Shown here: positions 29,297 to 37,937 of the stretch, piece after piece
How the letters are laid out: the number at the start of each line of letters is the position of its first letter
How positions within the stretch are numbered: position 1 is the stretch's first letter
Assembly (NCBI GenBank): GCA_019352195.1
Contig: JACAFG010000007.1
Coordinates: 10,046 to 74,045 of the forward strand
Direction of reading: 5' to 3'
DNA: 64,000 nt
From: Candidatus Saccharimonadota bacterium
GTDB taxonomy: Bacteria > Patescibacteriota > Saccharimonadia > UBA4664
The notes under the pieces: model-generated
Told to the model about the DNA's origin: nothing
Databases searched by the model: none
Seen by the model: the letters and a program-made list of their open reading frames with translations, nothing else
Translations under genes and position numbers: made by a program

Positions 29297-29716
29297 ATGA
29301 ACAAAGTAATACTATTCGCCGGTGGAACAGTGGTAACTCTCGGGGTACTCGTTGCGTCCAGCGGGCTAGCCTTTGCCGCCAATGATAACGCTTCCCAAAT
29401 GGGGAACGGCCGAAACGGGTACGCGCAGCAGCTCCAAGTGAAAGCTAGCGCCCTCAACCTCAGCGTGACCGATCTCCAAGAGCAACTAAAGACCAAGACC
29501 CTAGCTCAAATTGCTGCCGCAAAGGGCGTTAGCATGGGCGCAATCCATGACGCGACCAGCAAACAGGCGCAAGCCAATTGGGCAGCCAATGGCTTAACTG
29601 CCGATCAAATTAAGGAGCGTACGGCCGCCCAGGCGCAACGACAAGCTGACTGTGACGGCACTGGATCGGGCAATATGAACGCCGGTGGCATGCATCGCAA
29701 CCAAAACAATAATTAA
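29297..29716 (+). CDS. secreted hypothetical protein (Sec signal peptide), likely ECF-regulon member
   Basis: start at ATG 29297 with AAGGA RBS; signal peptide MNKVILFAGGTVVTLGVLVASSGLAFA. Confidence 0.5.
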   Translation: MNKVILFAGGTVVTLGVLVASSGLAFAANDNASQMGNGRNGYAQQLQVKASALNLSVTDLQEQLKTKTLAQIAAAKGVSMGAIHDATSKQAQANWAANGLTADQIKERTAAQAQRQADCDGTGSGNMNAGGMHRNQNNN

Positions 29717-29724
29717 CTAACTGC

Positions 29725-29760
29725 GGGGACGGTCCAGCCAAACCGTCCCCGTCTGTCTCT
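29725..29760 (+). terminator. rho-independent terminator-like hairpin
   Basis: ggggacggt-ccagccaaa-accgtcccc hairpin followed by a T-containing tail. Confidence 0.5.
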
Positions 29761-29894
29761 CGATGACAGGTATACACTCTGAAAAACTACGACCCGAATA
29801 TGAGATGGTGTTGCCGGCACCGAAGGACGAGCTAAATTAATCCGTTCGGCTAGTCTTGCTTAGCTCCAACAGGTAATTGTTGTTAGATTTTGGT

Positions 29895-30584
29895 TTAATA
29901 CCCGCTAAAACTGTCGATTTTGATATCAGCTAAGGCTACTCCCGCGTTCAGGAGAAGGTGCTCAGTATCCTCGACCATACCCTCCGGACCTGCAATATAA
30001 AATAAGCTGCCCAAATCCCCGATAGCACTCAGTATGTCTTTAGGGCGCTCTTTCTTGGTTTGATCCTTTGTAATAATCAATTTGATATTTGCATGAGGCA
30101 ACTGCCTAATCCACGAATTAATTTCGTCGAGGAAAAGAAATTCGGAGGTCTTGTTGATATATATAAGAGTAATTTGATCACTACTGCTCGTATCAAACAT
30201 TTCTTTTAGCATGCTCCTAAATGGGGCAATACCCACGCCACCAGCAATCAGAACACTTGCCCGGTGGGGCTTAAGTGTAAATTTATAATCATTGCCGAAC
30301 TGAATAATCACTACTTTGTCGCCGGCACGAAGCGAACTAAGCTTGCGTTTAATTTCACTTAGGCCGTCTTTAAACGTTATAACTAAATCAGGCTCAGTAG
30401 GGGATGAAGATAGCGAATAGGTTATTCCGCCATTTAATTGCTCGCCCTCAAAAGCAATATCAATCCAGTCGCCCGACTCGAATTCAAATCCCATAGGACG
30501 TTCAAACACGATACTTCTGCAGCCGCCGGTCTCGGGTGAGTTACGTTTAACAATTAGGGGAATATTCACATTCTTATGAACCAT
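29895..30584 (-). CDS. FNR-like FAD/NAD(P)-binding oxidoreductase (second paralog)
   Basis: 229 aa; FAD motif (ITYSLSS), NAD motif GGVGIAPFRSML. Confidence 0.7.
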   Translation of the reverse strand: MVHKNVNIPLIVKRNSPETGGCRSIVFERPMGFEFESGDWIDIAFEGEQLNGGITYSLSSSPTEPDLVITFKDGLSEIKRKLSSLRAGDKVVIIQFGNDYKFTLKPHRASVLIAGGVGIAPFRSMLKEMFDTSSSDQITLIYINKTSEFLFLDEINSWIRQLPHANIKLIITKDQTKKERPKDILSAIGDLGSLFYIAGPEGMVEDTEHLLLNAGVALADIKIDSFSGY

Positions 30585-30741
30585 AGACGATAAGCATATC
30601 AGATACTCTAGCTCTCGATTATTTTGCGTAACGGTGGCTATACCAAAACAGTTATTCCGATAACGGTTTTAAAGTCTTAATTCCGATCTGTACATTAGCA
30701 ATTGTCAGTCCCTCTCGTAATAACTACGTTATACTTTCCGT

Positions 30742-31536
30742 ATGCCTCAAGTAACTAACCTGTCTCTAACCAAACAGCAGCAAGCAATTCTCCACGAACT
30801 CTATCGCTTTCGCTTCTTAAACTCATCTCTCCTGGTCAAACTACTCGGTACTTCAAACGTCATTAGAATGAATGAACGACTAAAGCTCTTAAGCCAGAAC
30901 AAATACATCAGTAGACGCTATGAACCAAGCTACAAGCTCTTACACAAGCCGGCTTCGTACTACTTACTTCCGCTTGGAAGAGCATCGCTTAAAGCCATGG
31001 ATGCAAAGTATAGCGAACAAGCCCTCCGGATCGCCCGTCGAGACGCAACGAGAACTGATAAGTTCATTGAGCGATGCCTCGCCCTCGCCGAGCTGGCAGT
31101 TCTCCTGACGGCTCCTCACACCAAGGTATTCACGAAGAGTCAGCTGGTCCGTTATGGCTACTTCCCGCAGCCACTGCCAGACTTATATATTCAGCTCAAG
31201 ACAAATAGTGGTGTGCAGCAGTACTTATTGGAATACCTTGAGAGCAATCAACCACTCAACGCAATTCTTAAAAGCGTCAAGAGATACCTTCAATACAGTG
31301 ACGAAGGGGAGTGGGAAGTCACTGGCACGCGCCTCCCGCCGGTTTTGCTGGTTTGTGATTCAGCCTTGCTCGAAAAACGAGTCCAAAAGTACGGGATGAC
31401 AGTCATCGAAGAAGCGGATGATGAGGTCCTGCGATTCTATACGGCCTGTATTCCAGCAATTACTGATAAGGCAAACCGTCCATGGACATCTCTTCAAGAT
31501 CTCGACGAACAGCTTGAGCTAAAAGAAATCAGGTAA
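30742..31536 (+). CDS. replication-relaxation (Replic_Relax) family protein
   Basis: 264 aa; N-terminal wHTH (LTKQQQAILHELYRFRFLNSSLLVKLLG...RLKLLSQNKYISR) characteristic of Replic_Relax proteins of plasmids/ICEs. Confidence 0.6.
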   Translation: MPQVTNLSLTKQQQAILHELYRFRFLNSSLLVKLLGTSNVIRMNERLKLLSQNKYISRRYEPSYKLLHKPASYYLLPLGRASLKAMDAKYSEQALRIARRDATRTDKFIERCLALAELAVLLTAPHTKVFTKSQLVRYGYFPQPLPDLYIQLKTNSGVQQYLLEYLESNQPLNAILKSVKRYLQYSDEGEWEVTGTRLPPVLLVCDSALLEKRVQKYGMTVIEEADDEVLRFYTACIPAITDKANRPWTSLQDLDEQLELKEIR

Positions 31537-31788
31537 CATCAATTGAGCCTGGAAGCCGCAAGTTCTACCAAACCAGAGGATAAAACTGGAGGAGCGGGCT
31601 ATTAGATTTGACATATAATACAACCTATGCTATTATATTTTCGTACTTTCACAGATTATGTTTCTGTTAAGCCGTGGCTTTGGGGCCTGCCAAAACAGCA
31701 GTCTCCTAAGCTGCGGCTTATCCTGCCCCAGCAGCAAACCACGGCAGGCTGTAGACTCTGGCAATCCCGCCAGAATAGGCAGTAGGCC

Positions 31789-32400
31789 ATGTCCCAAGGA
31801 GAATCCATGCCCAAGAGTGCGCAAGTCAGCGGCTTCAATGTCGCGGCCCGCAACTACCAAGATCTCGTAAATGAGGTCTTGAACTGCGGTGGTGGTGACG
31901 ACGACATGAATCGTCTTCACGCTGACCGCAATCTGCGACGCAGGATTGCCGAACTGCTCGTTGGCAAACCCGCCCTCAACACCTACCCGCTCACCATCGA
32001 CTACGACCGGTCTCTGGACGCGATGATTGCGGCGGGAAGGTATGACTACGCCAGCTCCAACATCACCGTAGATAACTTCCCGGTGGGAATGGGTGAAAGG
32101 TTGGTCAATGCAGTTCTGGTTCAGTTCGACCACGACCCCTCGGATGACGAGGTGACCCGTGAGTTGGAACGGCTGAACCTCCGCGACGCTAGCATGGCCG
32201 AGGGGCTGGCGTTTGGGGCGACCTACCCCGAGATCCAGCGGCAATTCCCGATCGTCTTCCGCGGCTCCGTCTGGGCCGGCCCGGATGGCAGCCGCAGCGT
32301 GGGCTACCTCTGGGGCCGCCCCGGCAACCGGAGGTTGAACCTCGGCTGGCGCAGCAGCGATTGGGATGCGGACTACCGTTTCCTCGCCGTCCGCAAGTAA
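31789..32400 (+). CDS. hypothetical protein in high-GC insert
   Basis: 203 aa; strongly G/C third-position-biased frame; promoter-like TTGACA-17-TATTAT at about 31606-31640 sits at the low-GC/high-GC junction. Confidence 0.5.
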   Translation: MSQGESMPKSAQVSGFNVAARNYQDLVNEVLNCGGGDDDMNRLHADRNLRRRIAELLVGKPALNTYPLTIDYDRSLDAMIAAGRYDYASSNITVDNFPVGMGERLVNAVLVQFDHDPSDDEVTRELERLNLRDASMAEGLAFGATYPEIQRQFPIVFRGSVWAGPDGSRSVGYLWGRPGNRRLNLGWRSSDWDADYRFLAVRK

Positions 32401-32736
32401 GTGCCCTTGGGCCCAAGAATCCTCGGAGCTTTGTGCTCCCTTGGATTCTTGGGCCCCGCGGCCTCTGCTGCTTCTCTCACCTCCGGGTGACGGAAGCCGG
32501 CAGGGGCCGTTTTCCATCTCGGGCAAACCATCGTTATGTCCGATCAATCCGCAATGTATAGTTGACAAAGCGTAAGTACTATGGTATCATACCTACGTTC
32601 AGCTGAGATAACATCATAAGCTGAAAGAACGAACCCCGCCCGCCACAGGGCTTTGCTTGAAATGCAGATACTTTCCGCCCGCTACAGGGCTTCGCTTAGT
32701 AGAAGCTAGTCCGGGAAACCTCCCGAACTAGCAGAC

Positions 32737-33129
32737 ATGGCGCAGTGCGCCCATAGGCTGAAGGAGCCTGCAATGAATCTTCGCCCCGCAACGATCGCGG
32801 ACATCCAGGTCGGAACCATCCTCACCGACGTCAATCATGGGATCATCGCCCCCTTGTGGATGATCCAGACGTTGAGGCGTGCGGTTCCGGAATCCCCGGA
32901 CTCCTACTTCGCGGGCCTGAAAATCGAACTGTCATCGTTCGGCGGCAGCTCGTACAACCTCTGGCTCAGGGTCAATCGCATCACCGGCGAAGTGACTTCG
33001 CCCAACAGCGAAGGAGAAGAGGGGCCCTTCCTCGTCATCGACGGGGCAACGGTCCCCGACGGGGACGACCCCGCCGGGTATCTCTACTTCGTCCGGCAGC
33101 AGCTCGCTGCTTCCGGAGCAGCGCTCTGA
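32737..33129 (+). CDS. hypothetical protein in high-GC insert
   Basis: 130-aa ORF, possible start at MNLRP (32773). Confidence 0.35.
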   Translation: MAQCAHRLKEPAMNLRPATIADIQVGTILTDVNHGIIAPLWMIQTLRRAVPESPDSYFAGLKIELSSFGGSSYNLWLRVNRITGEVTSPNSEGEEGPFLVIDGATVPDGDDPAGYLYFVRQQLAASGAAL

Positions 33130-33242
33130 CCATGTCCTGACCGCTTTGCCCCGTCCGTCTCACTTTCGGGTGATTCGGGCGGGGTGCTTTCTTTTTGTAA
33201 GAAATGGGCCCGGAAGTCACGAAGACTCCCGAGCCCACTCTT

Positions 33243-33557
33243 TTAGTACTCGCTCGCAAGCATTAAAGTCAGTATCCGCCGGCACCTAGGCGACAAGGGA
33301 TCCTCCCAATGCCGAAGATCCTGGTCGTAGTAATCAAGTTTCCAAAATACCTTCTCGGAACCCCACTCGAACTGGCCAAAGTCATGCTCGCCGTATGGAT
33401 CATTACCCTCCGTCCACGCCTCGAAATGACGCACTGCCTCTAGCAGCCCGTGCAAGTCTAAAAGCGCCTGCACCCCCGGAGTAATTGTTACGCCTTGCCC
33501 TGTTGCCCGGAACGCGTCGTTCAATGCCGCCACCTTAGCTGCTTGTTCTGTCTCCAT
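33243..33557 (-). CDS. DUF3768-family protein
   Basis: 104 aa; NDPYGEHDFG...FWKLDYYD...LTLMLASEY matches my memory of the DUF3768 signature. Confidence 0.55.
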   Translation of the reverse strand: METEQAAKVAALNDAFRATGQGVTITPGVQALLDLHGLLEAVRHFEAWTEGNDPYGEHDFGQFEWGSEKVFWKLDYYDQDLRHWEDPLSPRCRRILTLMLASEY

Positions 33558-33688
33558 CCTGACCTCCTGATGTTATTACCGGGGGAGGCCTTACCTCTTG
33601 CCCCTGGAACGAGGGCAAAGGGCATGGCAAAAACCGTCAAGGTGGAGCCCCGCAATGCTTTGCTGGAACGACCTTGATGTTTTTTGAG

Positions 33689-33726
33689 CTGCCCTTACGA
33701 TGAGAAGACAGGGGAGAGGTAGCCCG
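33689..33726 (+). repeat. repeat A copy 1 (CTGCCCTTACGATGAGAAGACAGGGGAGAGGTAGCCC)
   Basis: near-identical copies at 35348 and 35771. Confidence 0.6.
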
Positions 33727-33936
33727 AATCACACAAAGCGTAGGAGCAAAGTATGGAGAACCAATCATTATTAATGGGTTCTAGGCCCACTACTCGCCCC
33801 AGCATTTATTCTCGAATAACGGCCTTATAGAGCTGTTATTTTGCTACTCAGGCCTTGATTGCAATAATCGCCTCCGCAGTGGAACGAGACAATTCAAGGG
33901 GCAAATATTGTGCATAGAACGTATTCATGATATAAT

Positions 33937-34347
33937 ATGTTTATTCGCTCTAACCTATCTGTTCGATATCTCACGAGACATCTGGAGAATATAGTGAATG
34001 CACCTGTTATTCGATTCGACGACCGCTGGGACCCGGACTCCACCTGGATTCGCATCAATCTTTCGCGATTATTGACTCCTGTCGAGATGGCAGAGCTCGA
34101 AGGGGACATCAAAGCTTGGTGTGAATCTTCGCTTGATGACGGCGATCTCAAATACGTCGACAAGGAATTCAAGAACTACTCAGGCGAGCTCGGTAACTGG
34201 ATTCAGTTCTTCGCTGATTTCAGTTCGGATAACCGACCACTCTTCGATGAGATGTCCCGGGCGGTGAGCTTCGAATTATACGTCGCGTCGGTCTGGGTTG
34301 GTTCCGACTACGGCGGTTGGCCATACCCGGTCGATCTCCAGAAATAA
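33937..34347 (+). CDS. hypothetical protein
   Basis: 136-aa ORF. Confidence 0.4.
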   Translation: MFIRSNLSVRYLTRHLENIVNAPVIRFDDRWDPDSTWIRINLSRLLTPVEMAELEGDIKAWCESSLDDGDLKYVDKEFKNYSGELGNWIQFFADFSSDNRPLFDEMSRAVSFELYVASVWVGSDYGGWPYPVDLQK

Positions 34348-34515
34348 CACGCAAGGGCCTGAAGGAGAGAATCTACGGATTCGTGGCCTTCAGGCCCTCC
34401 TTCATGTCTGAGCTTGCTTTTATCGCTCCCCGATATAATAATCATCACGACCAGATGATTGACTTATCTGTTAATATATATTATACTATTTCCGTCAGAA
34501 ATTCCCTTACCCGAT

Positions 34516-34950
34516 ATGGAGCCCTACATGCCCCATCCCACATTCACCGGAATTCGCCTGATTGTCCTCACGAAGGACGCCCCGCTCATTCAGGCGACCG
34601 TGCCCGCGGATGCGCAGGCAGAATTCGACCGGGCGGCGAAGTTCGGCCCACGCAACGGCCCGGTCGCCGCCCTGTACACCACAACCACCGATACCACGGA
34701 CCTTCTCTGGGGCCTCCAACTGGACCCGGGAGTACTGACCCTGTGGATCACCAACGCCGACGAATGCTTGACCTTCGACCAAGTGCAGGCCTTCGAGAAG
34801 GCACACCAGCTCAGGAGACATCGCGAAATCCTGGTTTCGCCAGTAGCGCAGCCTGGCGACGACCTGACCACGGGGATCATCCATCGCAACCATGCGTTCC
34901 GCGCATACTGGGATGCCGGCCTTGTCGGCCCAGGCAGCCCCAATCCGTGA
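34516..34950 (+). CDS. hypothetical protein (high-GC)
   Basis: about 144 aa from ATG 34516 (MEPYMPHP...); alternative long frames in this GC-rich stretch look compositional. Confidence 0.35.
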   Translation: MEPYMPHPTFTGIRLIVLTKDAPLIQATVPADAQAEFDRAAKFGPRNGPVAALYTTTTDTTDLLWGLQLDPGVLTLWITNADECLTFDQVQAFEKAHQLRRHREILVSPVAQPGDDLTTGIIHRNHAFRAYWDAGLVGPGSPNP

Positions 34951-35223
34951 TCCGGTGGCTCCGGCTACCAAAGCACAACGTAATTGATAGTGGTATCCAC
35001 TGTCACAGCCGGTACGTCAACCCGGTGCAGTCACTAGATGCTTCTAGTCCGATGAGTCCATGAGGACGAAACTGCAAAGTGCGCTTACGAGGCTGTTTTA
35101 TTGTTCTAATACCGGCATGAATTGGTATCTCCTACGCATCGCTTGTAGAAATAGTGGTGATGTTGGCCTTGCATTTGATTATTTCGCCAGATATTCCGCG
35201 GCTAATAAGCTATAAAGATTTTA

Positions 35224-35302
35224 GATAGTTGTAAGAATGGAACCTACCTTGAGTACTGGCGGTTAACACTATCAAGCAGGCGAGCCGAAAGGCTCGTTTT
35301 TG
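35224..35302 (+). repeat. repeat B copy 1: structured-RNA-like element with intrinsic terminator
   Basis: GATAGT...ACTATC enclosing stem, conserved core CTTGAGTACTG, then gagccgaaaggctcg hairpin plus TTTTT; second copy at 35860. Confidence 0.55.
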
Positions 35303-35347
35303 TTGGTAAAGGTGAAAAACACTGCATCGAACTTGGCGGTTATTCGG

Positions 35348-35380
35348 CTGCTCTTAAGATGAAAAGACGGGGGAGAGGTA
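35348..35380 (+). repeat. repeat A copy 2 (CTGCTCTTAAGATGAAAAGACGGGGGAGAGGTA)
   Basis: slightly diverged copy of repeat A, about 50 nt after repeat B1. Confidence 0.5.
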
Positions 35381-35472
35381 TGACCAAGAAAATTGGTGTT
35401 CTCTATTGTGGAGCGGGCAAATAACAAGCCGCTAGGCTCGTATATTTTGCTGAACGCCCGTAGGATAGATAC

Positions 35473-35757
35473 ATGCACAACTTACTTGATAAAACATTCC
35501 GTGACAAAGACGGCCATCTGGCTATTATGCAATTGCCTAACGTCTGGCTGTGGATCTGGATCGTTACGATCGCGCTACAATTCTTCGTAAAAGCCGGCCC
35601 TGGCCACACCCTTATTGTCGCTATCAGCGCCGGTACCCTTCTTGTATGGGCGGCCCTTGAAGCTATTTCCGGCGTAGATTATTTTCGCCGGGCGCTAGGG
35701 ATCGTTGTCTTCGTTTATGTTGTCACCGAGGGGATCATCCGGCTGCTTCACCGCTAG
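35473..35757 (+). CDS. small hypothetical membrane protein flanked by repeats A2/A3 and B1/B2
   Basis: 94 aa, 2-3 TM helices. Confidence 0.45.
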   Translation: MHNLLDKTFRDKDGHLAIMQLPNVWLWIWIVTIALQFFVKAGPGHTLIVAISAGTLLVWAALEAISGVDYFRRALGIVVFVYVVTEGIIRLLHR

Positions 35758-35770
35758 GACGGTATTTCAT

Positions 35771-35805
35771 CTGCCCTTACGATGAGAAGACATGGGGGAG
35801 GTAAG
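35771..35805 (+). repeat. repeat A copy 3 (CTGCCCTTACGATGAGAAGACATGGGGGAGGTAAG)
   Basis: direct repeat of A1/A2. Confidence 0.6.
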
Positions 35806-35859
35806 CCCCAAACCCCAGCAAACCTTGCAAAGTAATAACGCTCATGCTACAATGTAAGA

Positions 35860-35954
35860 GATAGTTGTGAGCGTGGAGCCTATCTTGAGTACTGCAGGTG
35901 CCAGCTAGGTGCAAACACTATCCGCATTACGAGCCGAAAGGCTCGTTTTGTTTA
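35860..35954 (+). repeat. repeat B copy 2: structured-RNA-like element with intrinsic terminator
   Basis: same architecture as B1 with compensatory changes; ends in gagccgaaaggctcg hairpin plus TTTTG. Confidence 0.55.
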
Positions 35955-36047
35955 GCCATGACAAGTGTCGTAACGGCCGGTTAGCCGTGTCCAAACGAAT
36001 CTGGGCGCTCGGTGTAAAATAAGGTTAGCCAAATAAGGAATCAAGTT

Positions 36048-36698
36048 ATGTGCGGTAGATATGCACTCGCTATCAAATCGGGAGTCAAATTGGCCGCTGC
36101 CCCGTTGCCGGACAGCGTCTACAGTACGCCGCGCTATAACGTTGGCCCAGGCCAATCCGTACCCATCCTGACGGCCAACGGCTGGGAAAGGGCCCACTTC
36201 GGACTGGTGCCAGCCTGGGCCAAGAGCCCCGGCGCTGGTTACACCATGATTAATGCGCGCGCTGAAACGCTGATGGAGAAGCGCACCTATTCTGGATTAT
36301 TAAAAGCCCATCGCTGCCTTATCCCGGCCAGTGGCTTTTTCGAGTGGGAGAAAGCAGGCAAAGACAAGTTACCGTATTACTTTACCGTCAAAGACGCGCC
36401 GATCATCGCTTTTGCCGGCCTTTGGACCGAACGTAAAGATTCCGAAGGGGTAGTGCTGAAAAGCTTCACCATCATCACCACCGAAGCCAATGAACTCCTC
36501 GCAAAAATTCACGACCGTATGCCAGTAATATTAGACGAAGCCGTCCAGGCGGAGTGGCTAAGCCTAGACGGAGGGGACACGGTTGGCTTAATGTCGCTCC
36601 TCCAACCGTATCCGGCAGCGAAGATGGACAGTCACCGCGTCTCTACTGACGTTAACAAAGTGAGCAACGACGCGGCCAACCTGCTTAATTCGCTCTAA
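36048..36698 (+). CDS. SOS response-associated peptidase (SRAP/YedK/HMCES; abasic-site processing protein)
   Basis: 216 aa; invariant N-terminal MCGRY (catalytic Cys2), then conserved E and H (FFEWE...HDRMPVIL). Confidence 0.9.
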   Translation: MCGRYALAIKSGVKLAAAPLPDSVYSTPRYNVGPGQSVPILTANGWERAHFGLVPAWAKSPGAGYTMINARAETLMEKRTYSGLLKAHRCLIPASGFFEWEKAGKDKLPYYFTVKDAPIIAFAGLWTERKDSEGVVLKSFTIITTEANELLAKIHDRMPVILDEAVQAEWLSLDGGDTVGLMSLLQPYPAAKMDSHRVSTDVNKVSNDAANLLNSL

Positions 36699-36789
36699 CG
36701 GCTGCTCCACCATGGCGCCACAAATTGCTTGAACGCGTATTACACTTATGCTATATTGCCCGCATATAAGCTAAAAACCAAAAGGAACT

Positions 36790-37125
36790 ATGAAAAGAAT
36801 TATTCACGATCAGCGCGGATTCGCGATGGTTCTGGAACTCGCCCTCGCCGCCGTAGTAATAGCCGTGATTGTGGTCGGTGTCATTGCAAGTCGCCATGCC
36901 AAATCGGTCGCAGCGACGACCCAGTCGACGGCTACACCAGCCACAGTCGCCGCAACAACTTCAAGTCCAGCTGCCAACGGAAGTGTCAGTAACGTCCAAG
37001 CGGCGCTTATTCAAGACTCCACGTCCGACGCGACCGCGTCGGCGCAAGAAGGCTCCGTGACCCCTGATGATGGCACGGCGTCAGCTCAAAGCATGGGAGG
37101 GAGCTACGATGAAAACTCGTTCTAA
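36790..37125 (+). CDS. hypothetical membrane-anchored Ser/Thr/Ala-rich protein
   Basis: 111 aa; N-terminal hydrophobic helix; not a canonical type IV pilin N-terminus. Confidence 0.4.
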   Translation: MKRIIHDQRGFAMVLELALAAVVIAVIVVGVIASRHAKSVAATTQSTATPATVAATTSSPAANGSVSNVQAALIQDSTSDATASAQEGSVTPDDGTASAQSMGGSYDENSF

Positions 37126-37870
37126 ACTTACCCCCGTAGTCGCCAGTCTCAGCCTGGTGCTCAGTTTTAGCACCGCTCCAATGTCAGCTTTCGCCGCCCC
37201 GAGCCCTGCTGCTTCGCCGGCCGAGCGCGGTTTTTGTACTAGTCTTGGAGCTGACGAATCGAGAATAGGCAGCGGCATCGCCACTCAATCCGCCAAACTA
37301 ACCGCCGACCGCGCCTCAGCCGCCGCCAAGCTCCAGGCGGAGCGCGCCAGCGTTGATGCCACCGTAACCTCAGACCGTGCGAACTGGGATACAAAGCGAC
37401 AGGCGTACTTTACCTCGCTTGAAGGAAAAGCAACCTCAACGAGCACCCAACAGGCGGTCTCAAGTTTCGAACAAACCGTTCTCTCGGCCGTCACAACCCG
37501 TCGCAGCGCGGTTGATACCGCTCGCAATACCTTTCGCTCCGGCGTCGATGCCGCCATCGCGAGCCGCCATGCCCAAGTTGATGCTGCCACCTCGGCCTTT
37601 AGGACTGCCGTGTCGAACGTTGAAGCGTCGGCTCAGGCCAGCTGTACGAGCGGCGTGGCCCCAGCTTCCGTTCGGACGACGTTTGTCGCCGGTCTCAAGA
37701 GTGCACGCATGACCTTGCAGTCATCGCTCTCAAGCATTCCAAAGCTCGACCCGGTCGTAAAATCGCTAGCCCAAACCCGCCAGACAGCTGTCAGTGGTGC
37801 TGACGCGACCTTTAAGACAAGCGTTGACCAAGCTTCGACGACGCTCAAAGCCGCCTTGCATCAATCCTAG
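37109..37870 (+). CDS. secreted hypothetical protein (Ala/Ser/Thr-rich, predicted helical)
   Basis: start at ATG 37109 with GGGAGG RBS; Sec signal peptide (…VASLSLVLSFSTAPMSAFA). Confidence 0.5.
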   Translation: MKTRSKLTPVVASLSLVLSFSTAPMSAFAAPSPAASPAERGFCTSLGADESRIGSGIATQSAKLTADRASAAAKLQAERASVDATVTSDRANWDTKRQAYFTSLEGKATSTSTQQAVSSFEQTVLSAVTTRRSAVDTARNTFRSGVDAAIASRHAQVDAATSAFRTAVSNVEASAQASCTSGVAPASVRTTFVAGLKSARMTLQSSLSSIPKLDPVVKSLAQTRQTAVSGADATFKTSVDQASTTLKAALHQS

Positions 37871-37937
37871 TCCATCGGCCCAGCTTCGGTGACGGAGCTG
37901 GGCCGATCAGGCGGTTATGCAGACGAGATCCTATAAC

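Noticed and set aside
31633-32568. 311-aa minus-strand ORF in the high-GC block
   Set aside because: Pro/Ala/Gly/Arg-rich low-complexity translation typical of an antisense frame in GC-rich DNA. The plus-strand ORF 31789-32400 has a strong G/C third-position bias and a protein-like sequence.
34317-35063. 248-aa plus-strand ORF
   Set aside because: Arg/Pro-rich composition and overlap with the more protein-like ORF 34516-34950; probably a GC-rich frame artefact.
36790-37125. Type IV pilin call for the 111-aa protein (GFAMVLE N-terminus)
   Set aside because: The Glu is at +6 rather than +5 from the Gly, and there is no clear prepilin peptidase site. Kept only as a membrane-anchored hypothetical protein.
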